From Vicinamibacteria bacterium (GTDB taxonomy: Bacteria; Acidobacteriota; Vicinamibacteria; Marinacidobacterales; Marinacidobacteraceae): a DNA stretch of 64,000 nucleotides. The DNA lies in the NCBI GenBank assembly GCA_964291235.2, contig OZ219816.1:1-64000 (forward strand), written 5' to 3'. Positions 27,869-37,411 of this stretch are shown here, in pieces. A program made the translations under genes and the position numbers. The notes below the pieces were generated by a model, which was given only the letters and a program-made list of their open reading frames with translations, was not told the origin of the DNA and searched no databases. The stretch's first letter is position 1. Every line of letters begins with the position of its first letter.

Positions 27869-29837
27869 GCGCCGTACGGGTACCAGGTTCCGCGGACAGG
27901 CCGAACTCGAGATCGCCACGGAGGGGGTCCACGCGGACGAGCTGCGCCTCGAGGGCGTCACCGATCCGGAAACTGCGACCCGTCGCCGGGCAGCGGAGCG
28001 AGTAGTCCTGCCGGTGGAAACGGAAGCGTCCACCGGTGAGCAGCGCCATCGGCACCGTCCCCCGGGCTGGAATCCCGTCGAGCTCGATGGCGAGACCGAA
28101 ACGGCCCGTTTCGGAAACCCGGGCGGGGAAGACGTCTCCGAGCCGGCCGGCGAAGAGCCGCGCGATGCGCCGTTCGACGAGTTGCCGCTCCGCGGCCTCG
28201 GCGTTGCGCTCGGTGTCGGAACACGACGTGGCGAGCGCCGACAGCGTCTCGGGACTCGGGTCCCGGGGTGATCCGTTTTGCGCGGCGGCGAGGGCCCGAT
28301 GGGCCACCAGGTCCGGATATCGCCGGATCGGAGAGGTGAAGTGCGTGTAATCCGGCAGTGCGAGGGCAAAGTGGCCCTGCGCGCGAGGCGAATACACGGC
28401 CTTCTGCATCGCCCGGAGCAGCTTCCGCCGCAGAAAGGCCGCTTCGGGACGGCCTTCGATCCGCGCGAGCAGCCGGGCGCAGTGGACGGGACGGATCGGT
28501 CCCCCGGAGACGCGCAGCCGTTCGCCGAAGCCAGCCAACAGGTCCTCGAAGGAATCGATTCGCGTTTCGTCGGGGGCCTCGTGCACCCGGTGAAGAGCCG
28601 GCGAGCGGCTGCTGCGCAGCCGCTCGGCTACCGCCTGGTTGGCGAGCAGCATGAAATCCTCGACAAGCCGGTGGGCATCGTTTCTTTCCGAATAGCGAGC
28701 GTCCACCAGGTTTCCGTCGGCATCGGCGATCACCACCGGCTCGGGCAGGTCCAGGTCCACCGCTCCCCGGGCGGCGCGCGCCCGGGCGAGGAGCGCGGCG
28801 GCGCGCCCCATCGTCCGGACCGCCGCCCCGATGGGACCGGAGTCCGTACCCGCGAGGAGACGCGCTCCATCGTCATAGGACAGCCGGGCGGCGCTCCGGA
28901 CCACGCTGCGGAAGAAGCGGGCGCCCTGGAGCAGCCCGTCGGGGCCGATGCGCAGCATCGCCGATTGGACCAACCGGTCCACGTCCGGGAAGAGCGAGCA
29001 GATCCCGGACGACAGGGCCTCGGGAAGCATCGGCACGGCGCGCTCGGGGAAGTAGGCCGAAGTCCCCCGCCGGGCGGCCTCTTCGTCCACCGGGGTTCCC
29101 GGCGGGACGTAGTGGCTCACGTCGGCGATGTGGACGCCGATCTCGAAGCCGCCTCCGGCCAGTTCTCTCGCTTCGATGGCGTCATCGTGGTCCCGCGCGT
29201 CTTCGGGATCGATGGTCAGGATCAGACGGCCGCGGAAGTCCTCGCGCCCCTCGATCTCGCCGGCCGATACCCCCGCCGGCGCGGCCTCGGCCTGGGCGAG
29301 CGCCGCGGGCGGGAAGTCGTCCCGAATCCCGTACTTCGCGAGAACGGCAAGCAGTTCCGCCCGCGGGTCGTCCGCGGCGCCGAAGACGGATGCGATCTCT
29401 CCGATGACCGGCCGCCCCGGGGCGGGGAAACGCCGAACACGCACCTCCACGAGATCTCCAGGGCTGGCGCCGCCGGACGGGATGACGATCTCGCGCGCCC
29501 ACTGGCGGTCCCAGACCGTAACCGTTCGCTCGGGGGTGACCAGGCCCACGACGTTCCCGGTCCGCCGGCTGACCACGCGGACGACCGCACCCTCCAGCCG
29601 GCCGCGCCGGGTGCGGAAGGATTGCTCGACCTCCACCAGGTCTCCAGGCAGCGCCCCGCCCAGCCGGCTGCGGGTGACATGGATGTCCTCCGTGGCCCCG
29701 GAACCCTCCGGGATGACCCATCCGTCACCCTCCGAACGGCCCTGGAAACGCCCCGTCACCAAGCGGGATGGGGAGGGCGCCGAGGAGCGCTTGCGCCCGC
29801 GGTGACGGCCTCTTTCGCCCCGGCTGATCCTGCCCAC
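27774..29837 (-). CDS. rnr: Ribonuclease R / RNB family exoribonuclease
   Basis: TIDPEDARDHDDA, VHIADVSHYV, RGTSAYFP, HFALA...YTHFTSPIRRYPDL and a C-terminal S1 domain. Confidence 0.92.
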   Translation of the reverse strand: MGRISRGERGRHRGRKRSSAPSPSRLVTGRFQGRSEGDGWVIPEGSGATEDIHVTRSRLGGALPGDLVEVEQSFRTRRGRLEGAVVRVVSRRTGNVVGLVTPERTVTVWDRQWAREIVIPSGGASPGDLVEVRVRRFPAPGRPVIGEIASVFGAADDPRAELLAVLAKYGIRDDFPPAALAQAEAAPAGVSAGEIEGREDFRGRLILTIDPEDARDHDDAIEARELAGGGFEIGVHIADVSHYVPPGTPVDEEAARRGTSAYFPERAVPMLPEALSSGICSLFPDVDRLVQSAMLRIGPDGLLQGARFFRSVVRSAARLSYDDGARLLAGTDSGPIGAAVRTMGRAAALLARARAARGAVDLDLPEPVVIADADGNLVDARYSERNDAHRLVEDFMLLANQAVAERLRSSRSPALHRVHEAPDETRIDSFEDLLAGFGERLRVSGGPIRPVHCARLLARIEGRPEAAFLRRKLLRAMQKAVYSPRAQGHFALALPDYTHFTSPIRRYPDLVAHRALAAAQNGSPRDPSPETLSALATSCSDTERNAEAAERQLVERRIARLFAGRLGDVFPARVSETGRFGLAIELDGIPARGTVPMALLTGGRFRFHRQDYSLRCPATGRSFRIGDALEAQLVRVDPLRGDLEFGLSAEPGTRTAPTAGSRDRSRRTRRRRSRGAEVPGAAPARRP

Positions 29838-29864
29838 AGGCTGCTAGAATCGCACGCTCCGCGG

Positions 29865-29948
29865 GCCGAAGTGGCGGAACGGCAGACGCGCTGCGTTCAG
29901 GGCGCAGTACTCCTTGCGAGTGTCAGGGTTCAAATCCCTGCTTCGGCA
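29865..29948 (+). tRNA. tRNA-Leu(CAG), CCA not encoded
   Basis: Acceptor GCCGAAG/CTTCGGC, anticodon arm CTGCG-TTCAGGG-CGCAG, long variable arm and T-arm GGTTCAAATCC. Confidence 0.95.
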
Positions 29949-29954
29949 CCGCGC

Positions 29955-30930
29955 GCTGGTCGGACGTCGGACGGGGCCATCGAGCCAGTCGCGCAGGCAA
30001 CACCAGTCCTTCTTTGAGAACGGGCCCCGTCCGACGTCCGATCGGCACTTCGTGCCTCGAATCGGAACTCGCCGCATGGTCTCGTTAGAGACTGAACCAT
30101 AAGGCGCGATGAGCGGGTGCAGGCGAGTTCCGATTCGCGCTGTTCTTTTTGTGAAAGGGGGGCCAGCCCCCCTTTCACACTTTCCCCCCGGATGACGCAT
30201 CGGCAAGGGAACGCCGACCTCCAGGTCGGCACAGCCCCGCGAAGAGGGGCGGCGGCCCGGCCCCCCCACCGTCGGAACGGCTCCCCTCTCCGCGTGGCCC
30301 CCAACGCCCCGCCAGCCCATCAGTGCGCAACATTCGTGCGTTTTGCGATCACAGGCGAGTTCCCAGTCGCGCTGTCTTTCTTGTGAAAGGGGGGGCCAAC
30401 CCCCCTTTCACACTTTCCCCCCGGATGACGCATCGGCAAGGGAACGCCGACCTCCAGGTCGGCACAGCCCCGCGAAGCGGGGCGGCGGCCCGGACCCCCA
30501 GCGTCAGAACGGCTCCCCTCTCCGCGTGGCTCCCAACGCCACGCCCGAGCCCATCAGTCCGCAACATTCGCGCGTTGTGCGATCGCAGGCGAGTTCCCAT
30601 TCGCGCTGTCTTTTTGTGAAAGGGGGGCCAACCCCCCTTTCACACTTTCCCCCCGAATGACGCATCGGCAAGGGAACGCCGACCTCCAGGTCGGCACAGC
30701 CCCGCAAAAGCGGGGCGGCGGCCCGGACCCCCAGCGTCAGAACGGCTCCCCCCTCCGCGTGGCCACCAACGCCGCGCCCGAGCCCATCAGTCCGCAACAT
30801 TCGCGCGTTGTGCTGGTCGGACGTCGGACGGGGCCATCGAGCCAGTCGCGCAGGCAACACCAGTCCTTCTTAAAAACGGGCCCCGTCCGACGTCCGATCG
30901 GCACTTCGTGCCTCCGAATGGGAACTTGCT
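29955..30930. repeat. Composite palindromic repeat array (MITE/REP-like): X + 3xY + X
   Basis: Y units at 30121-30352, 30353-30586 and 30587-30813. X units at 29955-30073 and 30812-30930. Multiple internal hairpins. Confidence 0.92.
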
Positions 30931-30975
30931 CCGGGGCAGTTCTCCCGGTGAGGAGATTTGCCGGGACGCCTTCCG

Positions 30976-31488
30976 CTACGAAAAGGCATACACCAGGGTC
31001 GCTCCCGAGGCTCCATCCAGCAGCAGGACGATTCTTCCGGGACCATCACCGTAGGCCGCGCGGTAACGGTCACGGATGGGAGTCAGGTCGAACTCGTAGT
31101 CCTGGGTCAGCCAGGCTTCACAGGAATCCCCATTCGCGTCGTGCGCGACCGACACCCGCAACTGCACCGGGAATGACTCCAGGAAGACCTCGGAAGCAAC
31201 AAGCGTGACCTCATGACGCCTGCAACCTCCGGCGTAGGAGAGGTTCAGTGTCAGGGTGTCCCCGGCAACGGCGGCGTCGTTCAGGACGAAAGGGTCCTGG
31301 CCCCAGCGCTGAGGCGTTTCGGACACGACGACGGCGCCGGAACGGGGTCCCGCCGGGGGGACGTCATCAACCGAGATCCCGATGGGGGTGTCCAGCCCGC
31401 CCTGGCCGCAGGCCGCGAGGGCCGCGGCTCCCAGAATCAAAACCCGCAGACGCGAGGAACTTTCGGGGCCGGTCGTCCGCTGCGGCAA
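30976..31488 (-). CDS. Hypothetical lipoprotein
   Basis: LGAAALAAC lipobox and a compact domain SYAGGC..HE..LESFPVQ..HDANGDSCEA. Start uncertain. Confidence 0.7.
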   Translation of the reverse strand: MPQRTTGPESSSRLRVLILGAAALAACGQGGLDTPIGISVDDVPPAGPRSGAVVVSETPQRWGQDPFVLNDAAVAGDTLTLNLSYAGGCRRHEVTLVASEVFLESFPVQLRVSVAHDANGDSCEAWLTQDYEFDLTPIRDRYRAAYGDGPGRIVLLLDGASGATLVYAFS

Positions 31489-31510
31489 GACGGGTTGGCA
31501 GGAACCCAGG

Positions 31511-33091
31511 TCAGTTCTCCTGCTCTTCCTCCTCGCCGCGCACGGTCGGGTACTCGATGCCGAGTTGCTCAAGGTAGGTGTCGTAGGTCTCCGGGTCGTA
31601 GTAAAACGGCCGCATCGCTTCCCGGAACGAACCCATCCGGTCTTCGTTCAGGTGGATCGCGGGGGGATCGTCCGGACCGATCAGCGGCGTGTACTGGTGC
31701 TCGGCGGTCTGCTCGGCGAAGTACTCCTTCGCGGCCGGGACCAATTCCGGATCCAGGAACAGATCCATGAGCGTCATGGCGATCACGCGCGCTCCGGCCG
31801 CAGCTCCCTTGTGGGCGATCGGGGTCGCCATGGCGACCGCGTTGGCCCAGTGGTGACCCGGCCCACCCGGGATGTTGGACGGGAAACGCAGGGTCACCGT
31901 CGGAACGGCCCACGAGATGTCCCCGATATCGTCGGAGCCGCCGCCGAGCCGCGGCGGCTGCACCGGACCGCCCATCTCTCCAAGTTCGGTCGCCAGCCCC
32001 TGCTCTTCGACGCCGAGTTCGTGCTGCAGCCCCCTGGCGAGCGCCTGGTCGGCCTCGCTCCACTCGGGGAGGCCCACCCGCTCGATATTGGCCCACACCG
32101 CCTCGGCCACCGGCTTGCTGAAGTGGCGCGGGTAGGCGTGGCCCAGGATGCGCCATGACACCTCGGTCGAGGTCATCGCGGCGGCGGCCTGCGCCATCGT
32201 GTTTCCGAGGTCGTAGAGCTCCTTCATCCCGGACTGCTCAAGCTCCCGGAAGTAGTACCAGACCGAAGCCAACTGGGGCACCACGTTCGGCTGGTCCCCG
32301 CCGTTTGTGATGATGTAGTGCGAACGGTGCGGCAGGCGCAGGTGCTCGCGCTTGACGTTCCACGCCATGTTCATGATCTCGACCGCGTCGAGCGCGCTGC
32401 GGCCGCGCCACGGCGCCCCCGCCGAGTGCGCCGATTCGCCGGTGAAGGTGTATTCGACCGACACGAGGCCGTTGCCCCGGCCCTGTCCCCAGCTCACCGA
32501 GAACTGGTTCGAGACGTGGGTGAAGATGCAGATGTCCACATCCTCGAAGTAGCCGTCCCGAATGAACCACGCCTTCGTGCCCACGAGTTCCTCGGCGACC
32601 CCCGGCCATATCACGATGGTGCCGGGAAGGCCCTCGCGCTCCATCACTTCCTTGGCCGCCAGGGCTCCGGCGATGATCACCGCCTGCCCGGAGTTGTGGC
32701 CCTCGCCGTGCCCCGGCGCGCCTTCCACGAGGGGATCGTGGTATGCGACTCCCGGCTTCTGCGACGCCTTGGGAATCCCGTCGATGTCGCTGCCGAGCGC
32801 GATCACCGGCGAACCGGAGCCCCAGCGCGCCATCCAGGCGGTCGGGATGCCCGAGATCCCTTCCTCCACCTCGAATCCGTTCTCGCGCAGGATCTCGGTG
32901 AGGTAGCGGGAGGTCTCGAACTCCTGAAAGCCGAGCTCGCCAAAGCTGAAGATGGAGTCCACCATCACCTGGACCAGCTTGGCCCGCTCGGCCGCCCCCT
33001 GGTCGGCGACCGGACGGAGGGTCTCGAGGTCCTGCGCCGCCAGCGGCGCGGCAAGGAGCAGGGCAAGCAGGGATTGGAACAGTCGGCGCAT
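31511..33091 (-). CDS. Secreted M20 amidohydrolase (AbgB-like), paralog 1
   Basis: Signal peptide, ELGFQEFETS, GHGEGHN, GVAEE, HSAGAPWRGRSALDAVE and GGSDDIGD. Confidence 0.92.
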   Translation of the reverse strand: MRRLFQSLLALLLAAPLAAQDLETLRPVADQGAAERAKLVQVMVDSIFSFGELGFQEFETSRYLTEILRENGFEVEEGISGIPTAWMARWGSGSPVIALGSDIDGIPKASQKPGVAYHDPLVEGAPGHGEGHNSGQAVIIAGALAAKEVMEREGLPGTIVIWPGVAEELVGTKAWFIRDGYFEDVDICIFTHVSNQFSVSWGQGRGNGLVSVEYTFTGESAHSAGAPWRGRSALDAVEIMNMAWNVKREHLRLPHRSHYIITNGGDQPNVVPQLASVWYYFRELEQSGMKELYDLGNTMAQAAAAMTSTEVSWRILGHAYPRHFSKPVAEAVWANIERVGLPEWSEADQALARGLQHELGVEEQGLATELGEMGGPVQPPRLGGGSDDIGDISWAVPTVTLRFPSNIPGGPGHHWANAVAMATPIAHKGAAAGARVIAMTLMDLFLDPELVPAAKEYFAEQTAEHQYTPLIGPDDPPAIHLNEDRMGSFREAMRPFYYDPETYDTYLEQLGIEYPTVRGEEEEQEN

Positions 33092-33191
33092 CGCGGAAAA
33101 CCTCTCTCCGGCGGCGCCGCCCATCCCGGCCCGCCGGGCGGCGATTCTACCGGCGGGACCGCAGGATTCCGGGGCGAACCGCCTCCGCCGA

Positions 33192-34793
33192 TCAGTTCTC
33201 CCGGCTCTCTGACTCGCTGCGCACGGTCGGGTACTCGATGCCGAGCTGCTCGAGGTACGTGTCGTAGGTGTCCGGGTCGTAGTAGAACGGCCGCATCGCC
33301 TCCCGGAAGGAATTCATCCGTTCCTCGTTGAGGTGGATTGCCGGGGGATCGTCAGGACCGATCAGCGGCGTGTACTGGTGCTCGGCGGTCTGCTCCGCGA
33401 AGTACTCCTTGGCCGCCGGCACGAGTGCGGGATCGAGGAACAGGTCCATCAGCGTCATCGCGATGACCCGGGCGCCGGCAGTAGCCCCCTTGTGCGCGAT
33501 CGGGGTCGCCATCGCCACGCCGTTTGCCCAGTGATGACCCGGCCCACCCGGGATGTTCGAAGGAAACCCCAGCGTGACCGTGGGGACGGCCCAGGATATG
33601 TCACCGATGTCGTCCGAGCCGCCACCCAATCTCGGCTCACGGGCGGGGCCCCGGATCTCGCCGAGTTCGGTGGCGAGCCCCCGTTCCTCCACCCCGAGTT
33701 CCCGCTGGAGTCCCGTGGCCAGGGCCAAGTCGGCCTCGCTCCATTCGGGCAGGCCCACCCGCTCGATGTTGGCCCAGACCGCCTCCGCCACCGGCCTATT
33801 GAAGTGGCGCGGATAGGCGTGGCCCAGGATGCGCCAGGAGGCCTCGGTGGAGGTCATCGCGGCGGCGGACTCCGCCATGATGTTCCCGAGATCGAAGAGC
33901 TCCTTCATGTGGGGCTGGTCGAGTTCACGGAAGAAGTACCAAACGGACGCCAACTGCGGGACCACGTTCGGCTGGTCCCCGCCGTTCGTGATCACGTAGT
34001 GCGAGCGGTGCGGCAGCCGCAGGTGCTCGCGCTTGATGTTCCAGGCGGCGTTCATGATCTCCACCGCGTCGAGGGCGCTCCGGCCCCGCCAGGGCGCCCC
34101 CGCGGAGTGGGCGGATTCACCCTCGAACGTGTACTCCACGGAGACCAGCCCGTTCCCGCCTCCCTGCCCCCAGCCCACTCCGAACCGCGACGAAACATGG
34201 GTGAAGATGCAGATGTCCACGTCCTCGAAATAGCCGTCCCGGATGAACCAGGCCTTGGTGGCGAGGAGTTCCTCCGCCACCCCCGGCCAGATCGCGATGG
34301 TCCCGGGAATGCCCTCCCGCTCCATGATTTCCTTCGCGGCCAGCGCCCCCGCGACGATCACCGCCTGCCCCGAGTTGTGGCCTTCGCCATGGCCCGGCGC
34401 CCCCTCGACCAGGGGGTCGTGGTAGGCGACGCCCGGCTTCTGCGACGCTTTCGGGATCCCGTCAATGTCGCTGCCGAGCGCGATCACCGGCGAGCCGGAG
34501 CCCCAGCGCGCCATCCACGCGGTCGGGATCCCCGAGATCCCCTCCTCCACCTCGAATCCGTTCTCCCGCAGGATGTCGGTGATGTAGCGGGAGGTCTCGA
34601 ACTCCTGGAATCCGAGCTCCCCGAAGCTGAAAATGGAGTCCACCATCACCTGGACCAGCTTGGCGCGCTCGGCGGCCCCCTGATCGGCTACCGGACGGAG
34701 GGTATCGAGATCCTGCGCCGCGACCGGAGCGGCGAACAGGAACGCGAGGAGGACGGCCGGAAGGGACCGGAGGATCGGGGCTGTGTTGCGCAT
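33192..34793 (-). CDS. Secreted M20 amidohydrolase (AbgB-like), paralog 2
   Basis: Same motifs; mature sequence nearly identical to paralog 1. Confidence 0.92.
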   Translation of the reverse strand: MRNTAPILRSLPAVLLAFLFAAPVAAQDLDTLRPVADQGAAERAKLVQVMVDSIFSFGELGFQEFETSRYITDILRENGFEVEEGISGIPTAWMARWGSGSPVIALGSDIDGIPKASQKPGVAYHDPLVEGAPGHGEGHNSGQAVIVAGALAAKEIMEREGIPGTIAIWPGVAEELLATKAWFIRDGYFEDVDICIFTHVSSRFGVGWGQGGGNGLVSVEYTFEGESAHSAGAPWRGRSALDAVEIMNAAWNIKREHLRLPHRSHYVITNGGDQPNVVPQLASVWYFFRELDQPHMKELFDLGNIMAESAAAMTSTEASWRILGHAYPRHFNRPVAEAVWANIERVGLPEWSEADLALATGLQRELGVEERGLATELGEIRGPAREPRLGGGSDDIGDISWAVPTVTLGFPSNIPGGPGHHWANGVAMATPIAHKGATAGARVIAMTLMDLFLDPALVPAAKEYFAEQTAEHQYTPLIGPDDPPAIHLNEERMNSFREAMRPFYYDPDTYDTYLEQLGIEYPTVRSESESREN

Positions 34794-35108
34794 GGGGAAA
34801 CCTCTTTCCGTCGGGGACGCCCATTCCCGGCGCACCGAGCGCCCGATTCTACCGGCGGGATTGGTGTTGGGCCCGTCAGGTTTCGGCAACCAGCGGCGCC
34901 ATGATCCGCAGGCTGCGTTTTACGGACGGCGGCGCTCGGGGCGTCCACCTCGCGCGTTGTCGATGAGAACGCATTCACCCATCGGTAAGACCGTAATGAG
35001 TTGGAATCGGTCCATGGCCCGGCTGCGCTTGATCTCGATTGGCGGCCTGCCGTTTCGCGGCGCTCACAGGCTGCTAAGCTCCCGCCGCCAGGAGGCTTTG
35101 GCGCCGCT

Positions 35109-35193
<85 letters not shown>

Positions 35194-35247
35194 GCCCGCC
35201 CCTCCCTGACCAGGAAATCTGGTTTCGCGGACGCCTCCCATTCCATC

Positions 35248-36594
35248 GTGTCCGACCCCTCCGTTCGCCCACCCTTCCCGGAAAAGGACCGTATTCCGGA
35301 CCTGACCTTCGAACTGACCGAAGAAGGCCAATCGCGCCGCGCCATCGAAGTCACGATTCCGGCGCCGGTCTTCGAGGAAGCCGTCCAGAAAGAGCTGCGG
35401 CGTATCCGGCAAAAGGCCCAGCTGCGCGGCTTCCGCAAGGGCAAGGCGCCCAAGGAGCGGATCGAACTCCTCTACGGGGGCGAGGCCACCGAGGAAGCGA
35501 TGAGCCGCCTCCTCGGCCGGGCCACCCGGCAGAGCCTCCACGAACTCGATGTCCATCCGCTGGATGTTCCGAAGGCGACGCCCGAGGAAGCCACCCGCGG
35601 AAAACCGCTGGTGGCGCGCCTGCAATTCAGTGTCTGGCCGGACGTCGGGACGGTGGATTTCGCGGGGATCAAGGTCACCACCCAGGAACGTGCGGTAACC
35701 GAATCGGACATCGGCGAAACCCTGGAACATCTGCGGATGGAGCGGGCCCAACCCGGGCCGATCGAGGGGCGGGGCCTCCAGGACGGCGATCTGGTGATGG
35801 GCGAACTCACCGAATCCGACCTCCTCGAGACCGATCCGCCGACGGCGCCCCGGGTCACCAAGGAGGTGCCTTTGCGGGTGGGGAGCGAGACCTATCACCC
35901 GGCGCTCCACGAGGCGCTGCAGGGCGCCGCCGAAGGAGACACGGTGGTGGCCACCGCCAATTTCGGAAGCGAATCTCAAGATTCGGAACGAGCGGGACGA
36001 ACGATCCGGGCTGCCTTTACGGTCAATCAGGCGCGAACGCCGGTGCTTCCCGCTCTCGACGACGACTTCGCCCGCGACCTCGGGGCCGCTTCGCTGCTCG
36101 CGCTGCGGGGCGACATCCGGGACCGGCTGCGGGCGCGCGCCGATCAGAACGAACGGCGGGAGGTCGCGGAGCAATTGGTAGCGGCGCTACGCGAGAAGAA
36201 TCCGGTGGAACCTCCGGAGCCACTCGTCGAGCGGGATCTGGACAACCGCGTGCGCATGCTCGCGAACAGCATGGTTCAAGGCGGAATGCCCACCGAACAG
36301 GTGCGCGCCGAACTGGAAAAACACCTCGGCACCCTGCGCGCCGAGTGCGAAAAGACGGTCGCTGCCACGATCCTGGTAGACGCCCTGGCCGACCAGCAAG
36401 GCATCGAAACGACAGAGAAGGCTCTCGAGGAGCGGCTCGACCAGGAAGCCTCCGCCTCGGGGAAGTCTCCGGCCGCACTGCGGGCAGCCATGGAAAAGGA
36501 TGGACGGCTCGAACGGATGCGGACCCAGCTCCGGCGGGACGCGGCGATCGATTTCCTGAAGGAAAGCGCGGAACTCACGCCAGCCAAGGCATAG
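35248..36594 (+). CDS. tig: Trigger factor
   Basis: Ribosome-binding motif [18 protein letters not shown], and position between tRNA-Leu and clpP. Start uncertain (GTG 35248 or CTG 35302). Confidence 0.93.
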   Translation: MSDPSVRPPFPEKDRIPDLTFELTEEGQSRRAIEVTIPAPVFEEAVQKELRRIRQKAQLRGFRKGKAPKERIELLYGGEATEEAMSRLLGRATRQSLHELDVHPLDVPKATPEEATRGKPLVARLQFSVWPDVGTVDFAGIKVTTQERAVTESDIGETLEHLRMERAQPGPIEGRGLQDGDLVMGELTESDLLETDPPTAPRVTKEVPLRVGSETYHPALHEALQGAAEGDTVVATANFGSESQDSERAGRTIRAAFTVNQARTPVLPALDDDFARDLGAASLLALRGDIRDRLRARADQNERREVAEQLVAALREKNPVEPPEPLVERDLDNRVRMLANSMVQGGMPTEQVRAELEKHLGTLRAECEKTVAATILVDALADQQGIETTEKALEERLDQEASASGKSPAALRAAMEKDGRLERMRTQLRRDAAIDFLKESAELTPAKA

Positions 36595-36685
36595 ACAGCC
36601 AGGGAACGCGGCCTCCGCGGCGCGGAGGGTGACGATTGCTGACCCGGCGACCTCGTATGCTGACCCGAACTTACGAACTCCAGCG

Positions 36686-37300
36686 ATGCCGCGAGGGAAG
36701 CACAACGTGATTCGAGACCAGATCCTGATACCGCACGTAATCGAACAGACCGGCCGGGGGGAGCGCGCCTACGACATCTATTCCCGGCTGCTCAAGGACA
36801 ACATCGTGTTTATCGGACAGCCCATCAGCGATGAGCTCGCAAACACCGTGGTGGCCCAACTGCTCTTCCTGGAGTCCGAAGATCCGGAGAAGGAAGTCTC
36901 CCTCTACATCAACTGCCCGGGCGGCTCCGTGACCGCCGGGCTTGCGATCTACGACACGCTGCAGTTCATCCGGCCGGACGTAACTACCTATTGCCTCGGT
37001 CAGGCATCCAGCATGGGAGCGATCCTGCTCGCCGCCGGGGCTCGGGGAAAGCGCTTCGCGCTCCCGAACGCCACCGTCATGATCCACCAGCCGCTCGGCG
37101 GCGCCCGGGGACAGGCGACGGACATCCAGATCCAGGCCAACGAGATCGTGCGGGTTCGCGCCCGGCTCACGGAAATCCTCGCCCACCACACGGGGCGTTC
37201 CACGGAAGAGATCGCACGCGATATCGAACGGGACCACTACATGACCGCCGAGGAAGCCAAGGCGTACGGCGTCGTGGATTCGGTCATCGAGCACCGCTAA
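36686..37300 (+). CDS. clpP: ATP-dependent Clp protease proteolytic subunit
   Basis: [35 protein letters not shown] and ERDHYM. Confidence 0.97.
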   Translation: MPRGKHNVIRDQILIPHVIEQTGRGERAYDIYSRLLKDNIVFIGQPISDELANTVVAQLLFLESEDPEKEVSLYINCPGGSVTAGLAIYDTLQFIRPDVTTYCLGQASSMGAILLAAGARGKRFALPNATVMIHQPLGGARGQATDIQIQANEIVRVRARLTEILAHHTGRSTEEIARDIERDHYMTAEEAKAYGVVDSVIEHR

Positions 37301-37411
37301 CGGGGCCGGGCGACCAGGGGCCCCGGGCACTTGATTCCTGACCCCAGAAAAGGCACACTCACATGTCCTTTTGGCGCCATTTTCGCGCCCGGATTCCCCT
37401 AGCAGACCGTC

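Noticed and set aside
29955-30930. CRISPR array
   Set aside because: Units are ~230 bp near-identical tandem copies without unique spacers, and there are no cas genes.
29844-31208. Small ORFs within the repeat array (e.g. MTHRQGNADLQVGTAP…)
   Set aside because: They arise from the repeat unit; indels between copies break the frames, so there is no sign of coding constraint.
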